From the NCBI GenBank assembly GCA_037447605.1, contig CM074811.1, positions 2,728,001-2,792,000 on the forward strand: 64,000 nucleotides of DNA, given 5' to 3'. A model generated the notes under the pieces. The model was not told the DNA's origin. It worked only from the letters and a program-made list of their open reading frames with translations, and did no database searches. Of this stretch, positions 12,162 through 31,618 are shown one piece after another. Made by a program: the position numbers and the translations under genes. Within the stretch, counting starts at the first letter, position 1. Every line of letters starts with the position of its first letter. This DNA comes from Zygnema circumcarinatum SAG 698-1b. Lineage: Eukaryota; Plantae; Zygnematophyceae.

Positions 12162-13695
12162 CCCCTCAATTCCTTGCGGCTCACGCCACCTCGCATGCGT
12201 GCAAAGCGCCAGCCCCAAACCCTTGTATTCAGAGCTCAAGCTGCCGATAAAAGAACGAGACAGATTCCCTTCCCCTCCTTACCGGCAGAGCGGAGAGGGA
12301 GGCGGCCGCCATAGCCTCAGCCCTCGCCATGGCTGCCAGCCGTGAGGAGGAGGAGCCCGAAAGTCGCCGTCGACGGGGTGGGGGCCGCGGGCGCTTATGG
12401 CCGCCGGGAGCCGGTCCGTACGGCGGGAGGCCGCCGACACCGCCCCTGGGCGAGCCCGCCCCCGCTCGCGTCCAAGAGTCGTACGAAAAACGGATCGGTC
12501 GTCGGCGTCTGCCAGCTCATTCGGTATGGCGATCTGGAGAGATTCTCCAGAGGGTGGCCGGGCGGCAGCCGCCACTTGCCGGGCGGGCGTAAGTGCGCGA
12601 ATCCCGCGGGGGACCGCGCGGGGACCTTCACTAAAGAGCAGCCGGGAGGAACGTTTTTGCGGGCAGCTGGGCAAGGAGGGAAACTTTTCGGGTTGGAAAC
12701 GGGCAGGAGGAGAGAAGGTACGGGTGGGTTGAGATTCGCGGGAGGGGAGTTCTGCGGGCAGAAGAAAGGTTTCGGGCAGAGAAATGGGCAGTCCGTGAAA
12801 GTCGCGTTTGGCGCCACGTGATGGTTTTTTTGTCCCCAGCAGTCAATATGGCGTACGGACACACGCCTGGTGTGCCGCGCCGCCCGCCGACCACGGAGAG
12901 ACCCGGCCGTACGAAGGGAGAGGATCGTGGCTGTTCGTACGTCGCAGGGAGGACAAGTGGCGAGAATCCGATGCGCCGGCGGGCAGAGGCCGCGGAGAGG
13001 GTGCCAGCTGGCGCGGCCACAGGCGGGGGTGGGGGACCGTGCTGCCACGTGGCGCATCTCTCCGCGAAACGACAGTTGAGGGGAGAGGGCCGTACGGCCG
13101 CACGATTCGGGGGACGCTTTTTGGAAATCTGAGAAATTACGACGATCGCGAATTTTTCCACAGGAATGACGCGACCGGCAGCGGGCAAAAGCTCCGCAAT
13201 TGGTCGGATGGTCGATATGTCGCAGCCACGTCGGACGAGTTAGGGCAGCATAAAACGTTTCGTAAAATCATAAATCGTTTCGTAAAAGCTCGCCTTCCTC
13301 ATAATGTCGGTCACTCCCAGCACATCCGTACGTCCTTCGTCAGGTTCAGCCACGTGTCGAGTGGCCGTTTGCGGGGCCCGTTTCTAACCGCTGCCGCCCC
13401 CCGCCGCGTGGCGCGTGGCGCGCGGAAAAGTCGGCGGCGCCAGCGCGCTTGGGCGGGCGGGCGTGCGCGGGGGGGCGAAGGCGGCCGGGGGGGGAGGGGG
13501 GGAGGGGGGCCGAAGGGTGCGGGCGCCAGGTGGCGGCCCGAGGGCGCCTCGGCATGGGGAGGGGATCCGCGCGGGCCGGCCGTACGGTAACGGCTCGGCG
13601 CATGTAATGGGGAGGGAGGGGTCAGGGCTAGCGGGCGCGAGGGCCTAGTGGGGGCCGAGGGCTGATGGGATGGAGGGGGGAACAGCATGGTTGGG

Positions 13696-13762
13696 CACAT
13701 GCCATGCCATGCCATGCCATGTCATATAATGTCGTGTGCTGTCACGCCATGTCATGTCATGG
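13696..13762. repeat. (GCCAT/GTCAT)n pentamer tract
   Basis: catgccatgccatgccatgccatgtcat...gccatgtcatgtcat seen directly; a similar tract occurs in opposite orientation at about 38110-38165. Confidence 0.7.
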
Positions 13763-13837
13763 CGGCGGGAAAGGATGAGAACGCGTTGACCCGACACAGT
13801 CACATGGGAATGATGACTGGATGGAATGATTGGCGGG

Positions 13838-13858
13838 AAACTTTCATTGAACTCGCGA
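13838..13858 (-). repeat. Short copy of the retroelement 3' terminus (21 bp identical to 28773-28793)
   Basis: aaactttcattgaactcgcga occurs identically at both positions. Confidence 0.65.
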
Positions 13859-14641
13859 ACATTGGCCGTTGCTGTACGGACAGGCCAGGGCGGAGAATCC
13901 CGCCAAGTTCGGACGGAGCCAGCCCTTCTGAAAAAGCGGGGGTGGGTTCATGGGAGCGGATTCAAACGACGCCACGTAGGATGGCGCGTTCTGTAAACGG
14001 GAAGAAAACTGATGGTTCCATGGCAAAGGCGTCATCCAATGAGCGCTCGCCACGTGTTGAATGCGACCGCGAGTGGCCGCGGGCGGCCGGAGTTCGGTAC
14101 CGCTACTGTACCAATTTGTACTGCTCACGTGGCAGAGAGCGGTTGGCCGCACCCGTTTTGAAGTCTACTGTACAGTACATCCTGCGGAACCGCCTCTCTA
14201 TTCTCCAACAGCTCCTTTTTGTTTAGGTCGGTCTGACCTGGCGGCCACGTCGGTGCCGCGTCGGCGAAACCCGAAAACGCGGCGCAAACGACGGCGAAAC
14301 TGCACAACTTCCATGTAGCCCAGACCTCCCTCCCTCCCTCCCGGTCACGCGCGGTACCGTACGGTACTTGAACGGCGACAGCAGCACTCGTGCGAATTTT
14401 TCGAGGGATCGCTATCGAGTGACCGGACCGGCGCCAACCCGAACCCTTCCGATACTCCCTATGGGACTGGGACTGGAATCGTCGTTTGCATTGAGGGATG
14501 CCGACACGCAGATGGACTCAATCACTTCCATTCATTTACTCGGGCGAAGATTATTAATGAAATGCCGTCAATCAGTGTCGGAGTGGATGACGCGAGGAGA
14601 GCGCAGACACTGAGTTCACGCAACTTGGGTGCAAAGGAAGG

Positions 14642-14677
14642 GGAAAATGGCATTGAATTCACGATGGCGAGGCCATT
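14642..14677 (-). repeat. Short copy of the retroelement 3' terminal motif
   Basis: ggaaaatggcattgaattcacgatggcgaggccatt; its reverse complement matches 51022-51060 and 28451-28484. Confidence 0.7.
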
Positions 14678-14930
14678 AAGGAAAGGCAGCGAAACGTTTT
14701 TTTTAAAGGAAGCGTCTTTCATCGATAGTAGGACTGGACTTTTTAAGAAGCCTCATACCGTCAGCCGTACGTACTGATGACCGGCGTGACGGATGTGAGA
14801 AAAAAGTCACTCTCGAAAGCTCTACCCTCATATTTGCCCTAGAGCAGTTACCAGGTCCTCCCCATGTAGTGGTAAGTTGCGAGCCCGTTGCTTATTTAGT
14901 AGTCACGTTTGTATGAAGCCAAGTGAATGG

Positions 14931-15015
14931 GCGTTGAACTCACGACAGCGACGCCATCAAATGTATATGGGGAGGGACGAAATGTAACACCAATGTGAAA
15001 CGGTCACAAATGACC
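14931..15015 (-). mobile_element. 5'-truncated (~85 bp) copy of the CRE-like element 3' UTR
   Basis: gcgttgaactcacgacagcgacgccatcaaatgtatatggggagggacgaaatgtaacacca...ggtcacaaatgacc aligns collinearly with 28780-28864 (attgaactcgcgatggcgaggccatcaaatttacatggataaaggcaaaatgtggaacca...ggtcacaaaggacc). Confidence 0.75.
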
Positions 15016-15068
15016 TTGAGGCTATGAGTGGATCTCTGCTCTAGGCCTAACAGAGGGGAAATGAAATT

Positions 15069-15103
15069 GCATTGATCTCACGGCGGCAATGCTATCAAAT
15101 GTA
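15069..15103 (-). repeat. Short copy of the retroelement 3' terminal motif
   Basis: gcattgatctcacggcggcaatgctatcaaatgta, the same motif and orientation as the 14.6 and 14.9 kb copies. Confidence 0.7.
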
Positions 15104-15362
15104 AGGGAAAGTACCCTGTGTATCCTGTATGGTACGCGCACCCCCCTCTACGCGCACGATGCCTAAAGGGCTCCAGTACATGAAAAATGAGAAACTGCTC
15201 CGTGCTGGCTCTGCTTTAATACTCACTATACGCCCCCAGCATACATTTATCGGTTCCACAATCCCATGCTTCTAAATACATGGCTTGAACTCAGCTTGTT
15301 CGATCCCATGCCATCATGGGAGAGCAGTGGAAAAAATCCTCGCCATATGATGGTTCTGCTGC

Positions 15363-18300
15363 TCAGTGCACAGCCCCACCGCTTACTTTGAAAGTGGCCA
15401 AAAATGAGGTCGCATCTTTCAGTTCTTCCCGCTTTCTTGAACGGTCCCATTTATGTTCTACCGCAAGGAGTTCGATGACACGTGGCAGTGCCTTATTTGC
15501 GGCACCAATGTCAAGGAAGGCGAGCCGAGATCGGCGGGCAATGAAGTCCACTGCTGACTCACAGTATTCGTGACGAGCACTGAATACAACTTCCGCCTCC
15601 AAAAAGGGATATCCGTGAACTAACTTTCTCCCCAACATTTCATTCTGCAGAGGGCCCGACAATAAGTACCAGCAGAAGAAAATAGGTCAGAACCTCCTGC
15701 CACTTGCTGGATGCTTTCAACTGAATGACTAATTCCACAATGTGAGAAAAGGAGCACTGCGAGGAGGGTGGTTCCTATAGATATCAAAGGTAATTTACGA
15801 CAGAGTACAAGGTCTTGATTGTATAACATAAACAAAAGCCACCACTAGTGGAAATACTTTCGACGCATTGAACCTCGGGGGCACCTGTGCAATAGAAGCC
15901 ACGTCTAACGCCTTATCCCCATAAGCATGTGTCAAATGTTTGGCGATTTCCGAATCAATCTCTTTTGGCGTGGTTCCACTCCTCCTTGTTTGCGCCATTC
16001 GTACATATTGTTGTGATACTCGAGTGAACAGGGCAGGGTCGTAATCTTCTGCCCCCGTTAAAGGCAGGTATTCTGTAACGCATGTCGTTGCATTGGAAAG
16101 CCTTCCAGTCTTGATTGCGATGTCCACCGTGTCCTCCGCCATGCTGCCAACCAGAAGCTTGCCACGTAATACCGAAGTGAGCAGGAGTGAGCACTTACAA
16201 CAAACAATGTGCTAATCCTCTCTTTTCAACTGTACAACGGAAATTTTCTTTGAAGGCCGCACTGAAGAATGTCACCCAAAACATGATTTTATATGCTGGC
16301 CATCACTCCTCTCCTGCAGGGTCGGTGATGATGTATCGTAACAAAAGCCAAAAATCTCTTACAGGTGGAACGGCCAAAACAATCTATATAGACGATGCAG
16401 AAATCCCCAAAAAATGAGCATCTTCACCGATGTTTTAGGTTTCCTTATCTAAACAATTCACAATAGACAAACATACACCTATTGGTTAAAAATGTCAAAG
16501 TTCAGTTTAACTGCAAAGAAATCTCACCTGCGATATGTAGTCCATTTTCCACCCGTGATTGTGACGAGGCCATTGGAATCTGCGATGATCACATGATCAC
16601 GAGATATGCTCGCTGTATCCTTTGCAGTGGGATCCATAGCCAGAGGCCGAATGCCGCTCCAAGCGGATAGAACATCTTCCGAACGCACCTGCCTTCCACG
16701 AGGGGTGCAGACAAAGCATAAAAGTCAATCGAACAGGATCAATGGATAGAGGCTAACGGGAGTGAAGAGTAAGACATTGAAATGTAAGTATTTTTTGTCC
16801 AAGTAGCCTTAGCATCGACACAGCTTCCTTGCAATTCACATCAACTATTGCTTCATCACCTAGGCTAAAGGGAATGTCCAAACACATGTAGAAATTTAAG
16901 TTTGCACTGAGTTTCATAATAAGCTTGGGAGTGAAAACCAATTGAAGTTAAGGTCTCAGTTGACCCTTCATATAGCAGTGGCTCAAGGAATCGTTAGAGG
17001 GACTGCAGACTTGTTCCCACTTAACTCAGTCTGTATGCAGCTCAATATGCTGGTGTCCCAATTCTATGTTTTTGGCATTTTTCATGTACTCATGAAAGGA
17101 TCCACGTTTCAAAGCTTTGTGAACTGTTCGTCAATAAGCTCTCGATATAGGAGAATGCCACAGTTGTTTAGGGAGGAGTCTTTAAATTCTTCATAAGTTG
17201 GTGCTCTGAATCAGGGTTTGGTCCTGTGCCAGTCCACTTCACCGACTCCCTGACTTAGGTCGTTCTGATTGGCCCTTAGATCCACAAGCCTTCATTCGGT
17301 CAACCACAAGCGTTTTCGCACCATATAGTGTGAGCAGCCCACCTTAAAGTTCAAATATTCACCGATAGCATCCAAAATGAAAGCAACATCCTCCTCCCGT
17401 GGTTCTGGACGCATTGTTATAGTGGTGGCAGAGTCTGTAGTTCCGGCCACAGTGCGTCCCAGCCATGGCAGCATGAAGATCACACGGCCATCTTTCGTTT
17501 TGGGCACAATGAGGCCCATCAGTTGGGAGGAGTAATAATCAGGCAGCACCACATGCACTCCACTAGAAGGGGAGATGATGGAAGGCACATCTTTGTCTGA
17601 CATGTGCCGAATACTGCCACCGGGAAAGAAAAAGAGAGTAGGCCCATCAGCACATACTCACTGGCTAACAACAAGCGCAAGGTTCATTATGACATTTTTT
17701 CTTCTATCCATGCCAATCCTTACACGCTCGACAGACTACCTATTACTCAAGTTGATTCAAGTAGATTCTTCATTGCCGACTGGCTAGGTGGATATCAGGG
17801 ACCACAGCCTAATTCAGATGCATAGGACTAGCTCAATGCATGAAATGATATTTTAAAAAAGAAGTTAACTATTTAATGGATATAGAACCTAAGCACAGCA
17901 TTTCGTAAAAGGAGTGACATTTAGAGAGGGGTTAACGCTGAGGCAAGCAGCACATCTAACGTGATCTCACACACAAGCTACAGTCTAGTGACGGTTTGTT
18001 TTTCAATGCACAACAGTTGATTAAAGTCATAGTGTTCAACAGCGTAAAAATCCAATGCAAGATTGAGCAAACAGTTTGGGAGCACCTGTCAGAAAACGGG
18101 CCTGTGGCATTAACAACCACTTTTGCATAAACATCAACCTTATCTCTGCTCAACTTATCCTCCACCACAGCCCCTGTAACTTTGCCTGTAATCTCATCCT
18201 TCTTCAGCTCCACTGCTTCGACATGGTTTAGGATTACAGCCCCTGCTCGTGCAGCAGTTGTAGCCAGGGCTGTGTTCAGGCGAGCATCATCCATTTGGCC

Positions 18301-19782
18301 ATCGTAGTACACCACAGTGCCCTTCAGCTTTCGGCCATCTGTCAAGTAACAACCAACCACATGCTTCTCTTAATACGTTTGCTTATGCAAGTGCCATTCA
18401 AACTTCAGTTCTCCAACAACAGGATGAGCTACCAAAAAAAAAAAAACAAATTCACTGATCCCCCAGTGACTCCACAACCAACCGAATGGAGAATAACCAA
18501 ACACCAGCGCTTCCAACTTAGGGGTCAGGGATAGGCGACCCAGACGCCCTCTCACCTGACAGAGTGTGGGCCAAAGTTGGGAAAAGCTCAAGTGATTCCT
18601 TTGCTGAGCAGAAACGCGAGAGGTGCAAGACAGCCCTGCCGGCAACAAGATCGTAAGCCTTCAGTCCAGCCCAGTAATATGGCACCTCCGGCCATGAGTA
18701 ACATGGCGTCATGGTGGGAAGGGGCCAGCTAAGGTGCGGTGCATTTTTCAGTATATGGGCCCTCTCGGCCAAGGCATGGAAGACAAGCTTTAGCTGGCCC
18801 AAGTCCTGCTGTAACACAGCTTTCTCCAAGTATCGAACACCTGGCAGACCGGGAGCCCAACATCGGGAGTCATACAACAATGTGCAAGAGGAAGGCCTTA
18901 GGACAAAAAACTGCTTGTTGCGGCCTTGTAAAACTTGCATCCGGTATTGTCAGGGCCAGACGGACACGAAAGGGTGCCTACGTCATTGGAAAAAACTGTG
19001 CAGAATAAATATATTATTTACGATGCCGCACATATTTTGGAGTCCAGACTGGACCTACCTCCATGGACAAGCTTTGTGCTTCGAGATGAAGTGCCTGCTC
19101 CAAAGTCCTCCCTTTCCACCAGGGCCACCCTAAGGCCCCTGGTCGCTGCATCCACGGCCACTCCTGTGCCTGTTGCTCCGCCACCGATGACAAGAATATC
19201 GAAGGGGCTGGCATTGCTGCTGCCTGCAAGAGCAGCCACCTGGACCTTTCTGGAAGGCACCTCATCGCTTAAAACTGCGCAAAAGGGCAGACAACAGCAA
19301 GCACAACGACCAATAAAAAAAACAAACCACTAGCTGGAAGCATACCTTAGCCTCGCATCCTGAAAACAGATGATAGCCTGAACTCCAGCGAGAAGAAACA
19401 AGACAAGCCTGGGAACAAATAGCGGCCTCCTTTCAAGTTTTGAGCCTAATGCTCAATATGCAAACTTAAGCGTTGACACCCTTCTAGCGTTCTTCGTTTA
19501 AAATGTACGACGAAGAACGACACAAGAGCCTATCGGATCTTGATACTTTAAAAACAACCAACCGCGAGGGCTGGCGTTGCCATCAACTGACAGAATCTGC
19601 GAGTTGTATAAAGAACAGATGACCTTCCAATGCTGCTCTCGCTTGCAGGCTAAGAGTCACTACAGCAACTCACTTGGGAGGGAGTTCGGAGGGCTGTGCT
19701 TGAAGCCCCCTGGCAAGGCGGCAGCAGCAGACAACACAACCACACCTCCAATGGCAACGTTTCGCAGGAGACGGCGAGCCAT
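15363..19782 (-). CDS. SDP6: Mitochondrial FAD-dependent glycerol-3-phosphate dehydrogenase (SDP6/GlpD family)
   Basis: Exons approx. 19782-19674, 19274-19059, 18840-18556, 18338-18086, 17613-17343, 16688-16528, 16143-15885 and 15644-15363, with consistent phases. N-terminus [13 protein letters not shown] is presequence-like. Motifs: FAD-binding [125 protein letters not shown]. Confidence 0.96.
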
Positions 19783-20260
19783 ACCTACGCTTTATGATAT
19801 GAGCAGGAAATAAAAGATACGGAAGGGTTGCCTGCTCTTCCACGCCCTCTACACGCTCAATTTTCGCATCCTCGTCGACTGAATCCCTACAAACCACAAT
19901 AACCGAAAACCAGCGCCTACCTCTCTCACTCTAACGCCCCCTCCCAAACCAATAACCTAAAAAAAAGAGACACTAAGACCCCCTCCTTAAAAAAAAAAAA
20001 AAAGTTACACACAAAAGACGAACCAAACAATGCCCTTGTAGGCTTCCCCTTGCCCTACCTTCCCTCCCACCCTCCTCCTCCTCGCTTCCAGATTCTCCCT
20101 CAGCGCTACGCCTCCCCCTCCCCCTCTCCCTCTCCCTCCCCCTTCCCCTCCCTCCTGCAGCGCCTCCTCCTCCATACAGGCAGCAACCGCCAGCTCTGAA
20201 AGAAACCGAGCCAGAGAGCCGCCCCTGCAAGGAGTCTCCCCGGGAGCCTGGGCCCAAGAG

Positions 20261-20411
20261 CCACGTGGCGCCCGGAGAGCGCCCCTGGCCGTGACGTGGC
20301 ATGGTCAGGCCGGCCCAGATCATCCACATCTGCAATGAACGGTGGAGATCGCCGGTATGAGTTGGATCGGACGGCTGGATCTCCGGATCCACGCTGGCGG
20401 CTGCCACGTGG
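20261..20411. promoter_or_regulatory. G-box/ACGT-element cluster in the divergent SDP6-PFP promoter
   Basis: CCACGTGG at 20261-20268 and 20404-20411, and TGACGTGG at about 20292-20299. Function is inferred only. Confidence 0.4.
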
Positions 20412-20907
20412 ACACGACCAGGGCGCTGTTCAAGAAAGTATCTTCAATAGCCGAGACGACGGCCCGAAGGCGTCCCCTTCCAGAATTTTTAAGCAGAAAA
20501 ATTTTAATCGAAGACCACCAGTGAGAGTGTGCCACGACATCATTGTGTACATGTGGTACGGTGTGATTGGTCAGAAAACTTTGAGAAGGGTCGTTTTTCT
20601 GCTTGTTGGCGGTCTTGCACGGCCTTGCAAGTGACGGTGTTGAAGAGTGGCAAGCTCTTGGAAGGGAGGAGAGAGGGAGGGAGGGAAGCGGGAGGGAAGC
20701 GGGAGGGAAGCGGGAGGGAAGCGGGAGGGAAGAGTGAGGGAGGAGGGAGGAGGAGAGAGGGAGGGAGGAGGGAGGAGGAGAGGGGAGGGAGGAGGACGGA
20801 GGGAGGAGGGAGGAGGACGGAGGGAGGAGGGAGGAGGAGGAGGAGGAGCTCAGCGCAAGGAGCTCTCTCTTGCCGCTGCTTCAGGAAATATTGGCACTGC
20901 AGGCATC

Positions 20908-27902
<6,995 letters not shown>

Positions 27903-28334
27903 GCATCTGATTAAGGAATTGGCAATGTGCCGAGAGGTCGTGACGTAGAACATTCCACAACAGTCCACCCTTTTCTTTCCGTCTTTACGTCGAGTCTTGT
28001 GTACATGGTAGGCGTGTGTAGGAGGAGGTTTTCGTTGTGCGGATCTGCCAACTTTTTCGTGTTCTTATGTTCTGTAGTGTAATCTTGGAAGAACACGCAA
28101 TGTGAAGTGTTTGTATTATAAAAAATGCATGTGTGTTATTTTTTTCTCCTCCCGAGTGCTTGTGGTTGTGTACTGCTTGTAACTCCTCGCTTGCTCTCGT
28201 CCTCACGTCTTACACATTCGGCTGACGTTTTTTTTGGATTTGTGCCGACCAAGTGAATGTTGACTCTCGAGGCATTTTGTTGAACTAGACTATGCAGATA
28301 AGCGTTTGCTTTCAAGTTGGCAGTCTGGATGGTT

Positions 28335-28484
28335 CTAGAGCTGCGTTGCTGAGCATAGACGTAGCTTTACGCTCCTACCTTTTTTCGTTTGTCCTTCGGT
28401 CTTTCACGACCATTTCCTCGTGGTTCCCCATGATGATTTTGTCCATGTTGATTTGATGGCATCGCCATCGTGAGATCAATGCCA
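28335..28484 (+). mobile_element. 5'-truncated ~150-bp copy of the CRE-like element 3' UTR, inverted relative to the parent
   Basis: Collinear imperfect match to the reverse complement of 28780-28926, from tagagctgcgtt through tcgtggttcc to tccatgttgatttgatggcatcgccatcgtgagatcaatg (the last 40 bp match at 35/40). Confidence 0.75.
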
Positions 28485-28772
28485 CCCCTCCTCGCTCTAG
28501 AGCCATTAGTACACAGCACGTGGTTGTGCAGGAGATAGAATTGTGGGGTGCTGAAAAATGAGCAGAAAGGTACGGTACAAGACAGTTTGGTTGGAAATGT
28601 TAAGTTGTGTTAAACTCGACGCAAAAAGCCACATTTGTTCTGTTTATATTTTTCACATGTTGTACTGAGCTGTTAGCAGGTGATTGTTCATGCCCTGCAT
28701 TGCACCGGATTGTAAACCTCTACAAAGGATGTATTTCTACAAGCTTGCCAGCGTTTACAGCTGATGTAACGC

Positions 28773-31500
28773 AAACTTTCATTGAACTCGCGATGGCGAG
28801 GCCATCAAATTTACATGGATAAAGGCAAAATGTGGAACCACGAAGGACTGGTCACAAAGGACCGAAACACAATAAAACGGCTAGAGCTTTAAAACTACGC
28901 CTAGGCACAAATAACGCCAGCCTCTAAGCAGCCGCTGGCGTCAAATCGGCTGCCAGGGGCACGCCAGCGGTGAGGGGAGCCGGGCGGAAGTCCACCAACA
29001 CGTCACCAACAACCGCAAAGACGCCGGCAATTGCGGTAGGTTGCAGTAACGCTGAAGTATGCACGGAAATACGCTGTCGATAAAAGGTAGCCAAGATCGC
29101 CGGAGGAGGGCTTCCGGGCCGCGGCATCTCGAAGAGTCATGGGCGACCGGGCGGTATGAAGGTATCCAAACGGGCGCTGAAAGTGTACCAAAAATCTCAA
29201 TAGCCATAGAACAAACTCGCCGGGCTGCATCACGCGCGAAAGATATGCACGCCTTTCGCTGGGCGGTCGCATCGCCGTTAAATTAATGCCTTCTACGACG
29301 CTACGCGACGCGACAATAAATCGCGACGGGTTGGATCGGCCAACACAATATCCCCAAAAATACGCCTGGCACCATCCATAAGAGCCAAATCAGGGCGNNN
29401 NNNGNGNNNNNNACNNNNNNNNNNNNNTNGNGACACCAGGTGGCTCGGCTCCCGTCGCACAAGGTAGTNANNNTCTTNNNCCANCGCNNNAATCGCATNG
29501 CGCACAACATTATGAGCCAAAATGCGTTCGCCCCTGTGTGCACATCGAAGTAGATGAACGCCCGCGATCAATCGAATCACCACAAACACAACGAGAACCC
29601 CCGCGAATGGCGGACGGGGAGCCCGATCAAGCCAAGGCCGCAGTTCTAAATCGCCTCGGGTCAAACGGCGGTGGAAAATATTGGGGTAATAAACAACCAA
29701 GCCCCGTACCCCAGGATCCGCGACAGAGCGAAGCCGAGCACGCCGCGAACATCGGCGGTTTCCAATAAGGGTAGAGAACTCAAGCAGCGAACAACCTCAT
29801 CAGTCAAAGTGAGCCGACACGCGGAACAGACTCGACGGCAAGCTTAACAAACGGGCGACGAAGCCTGAGCACTAGCAGAAGCAAAACCATGGGCGCCACG
29901 CAATGCAACCTGAAACGGAAGATCACCATCATCAACATGAGCTTACAACCGATCAAGCAACGGATCGGTCATCCACAATAAAACGCGAAGCCAAAAAAGG
30001 AGCAACGAGAGCCCAACTACCCAAAAACGCAGAAGGCGCCACACGAATTGTCGGGATGAGTCCTAAACCGCCCGCCGAAATAGGGAGCGAGGCTTGCGTA
30101 CGTGCAAGCGGACCCTCCGGTCGATCGAAAATACCAGGACCCAAAAGGCGATGACATACAGAAAACAAACGCTCATCGAAAGATTGCAATGACTCAAGGA
30201 AAGCAGGGTTAGGAGGGAGAGTTACTTAAGGTATGGCGGGGCCTTAAAGCAAAGAGCACTAGCAGTAAAGCAAAGAAAAAGCCACCTGAGGATCCGAAGA
30301 TGTGGAAGCTCATCTAATCTGAGACGATCCTCAACCAAAGCATCATCAACAAAACGATCAACATAAGATGCAACGCCGGTGCGGGCGTCAAACACTAATA
30401 CCAATTCCATCAGCACAAGTCTGATAAATTAACCAAGGGGAGCCGAAAGGGTGGCGATACCCAACCGGAGACCGGCAAAACACTTCGACAAATTTACCGT
30501 CAAACGCATTGCGGCCAATCGAGTAGTAAAATCAGTAAACGCGGCAACGACCTGGTCAGCAGGGCCAATGATGTGAGTATCGTCGGCCACCGATGGAAAA
30601 GTCAGCCTCGAAAAGCCTGTGCCGAAGCTCGGCGCGACGCATCGTGCGCAAAGCAATGGTGCGGACTCCTAGCGTCGCCTCTTTGGCGTGGTCCCGGTCG
30701 CGACTCCAAGGTCGCCACTCCACCAGATGCATCGCCAAGAGGAAAAAGGAGCGGGCTCGAACGAGAATAAAATGTGCGCACAAAAGGAAAAAGGGACGCA
30801 ATCGGTGCAGGGGCCTCTCGTAACTCGCGAAAAATCTCATGACGATCCACCGTATTAAAAGCGTTTGTCACATCAACCTGCAAAACAACCCAATCAGGGT
30901 GAAGATCCAACCTCGCACGAATGCCATGAACAACCGCCACGCAGCCCCCAGGGGTCGCCACACCAAACTGATAAGGGGAAAAATGGTCCTGAAAGGCCCC
31001 TTGTAACTGAAAACACATAGCGCGAGCAACCATGCGATACAAAACCTCCCCTACGGCTATGGGGCGAACTCCCCCTGCAGGCTTGGCAAGGGCAACCAAA
31101 CGAGTTGACGTAAGAATATGACTCACGGACGAGGGAACACGACCCTGCGATATGACACAAGCAACCTGAAAAAGCAAACCAAACCCACTATCCCCGGTGT
31201 CTGGAGAAAACACATCACGAAGCAACTCATAAACCATGCCCGAAGGCCCCCCTGCAGACAAATGAGGGGAGCGAGTAAGCGCCCGAATGAAAGCGGCACG
31301 ATCAAGCACAAACGAGTCGACAGGCTCAAAAGTGTCGATGAAGGAAGGGACATCCGCAGGCGCATCCGGATGGAGAGTCCGAAGGCGCTGATGGCGTTGT
31401 GTCCTACACGGCATGCTAAATCCAATACTAAGGCAGACTGTCTAAAATCAAACAACTCCCTAGCGATGAAGCGAGGGCAAAACAACCGGAACCGCAACTA
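28773..31500 (-). mobile_element. Degenerate non-LTR retrotransposon of the early-branching, RLE-bearing type (CRE-like): RT + zinc knuckle + PD-(D/E)xK endonuclease
   Basis: Minus-strand ORF pieces: SAGGPSG, RLVALAKPAGGVRPIAVGEVLYR, QFGVATPGGC..VVH, LQVDVTNAFNTVDR (31414-30602); frameshift at the QGDP motif; ADDTHIIGP (about 30570); LPISAGGLGL (about 30080); split CVCG...GVHLLRC..H knuckle (about 29600-29520); RPDL..GDIVLADP (about 29400-29340); AIEIFG (about 29200); stop at 28926-28924, then a ~150-bp 3' UTR. Several frameshifts/stops and N patches are present. The 5' boundary is uncertain. Confidence 0.88.
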
Positions 31501-31618
31501 CATAACTTCCTCCATGCGACAGTTGACAACGCGAAACACTGCACAAACAGTGCAGTTCAGTTCAGTGCTGTCTTCGACAGTCCCATGTGCCAGTCACGCC
31601 ATGGTCCGAGCCATAGCT

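Noticed and set aside
12329-14318. Many overlapping 100-260-aa ORFs in all six frames
   Set aside because: They are a by-product of very high GC content and G-runs; the sequences are low-complexity R/G/P/A with no recognisable domain or splice-consistent model.
13838-15103. CRISPR-like reading of the clustered ~35-bp repeats
   Set aside because: The copies are divergent and irregularly spaced (about 130-800 bp), there are no cas genes, and the context is eukaryotic; they match a retroelement 3' UTR.
28335-28926. Interpretation of the inverted pair as a Mutator/Foldback MITE with long TIRs
   Set aside because: No 9-bp TSD was found, the right arm is contiguous with the retroelement ORF stop codon, and other copies occur singly and are truncated at the same end.
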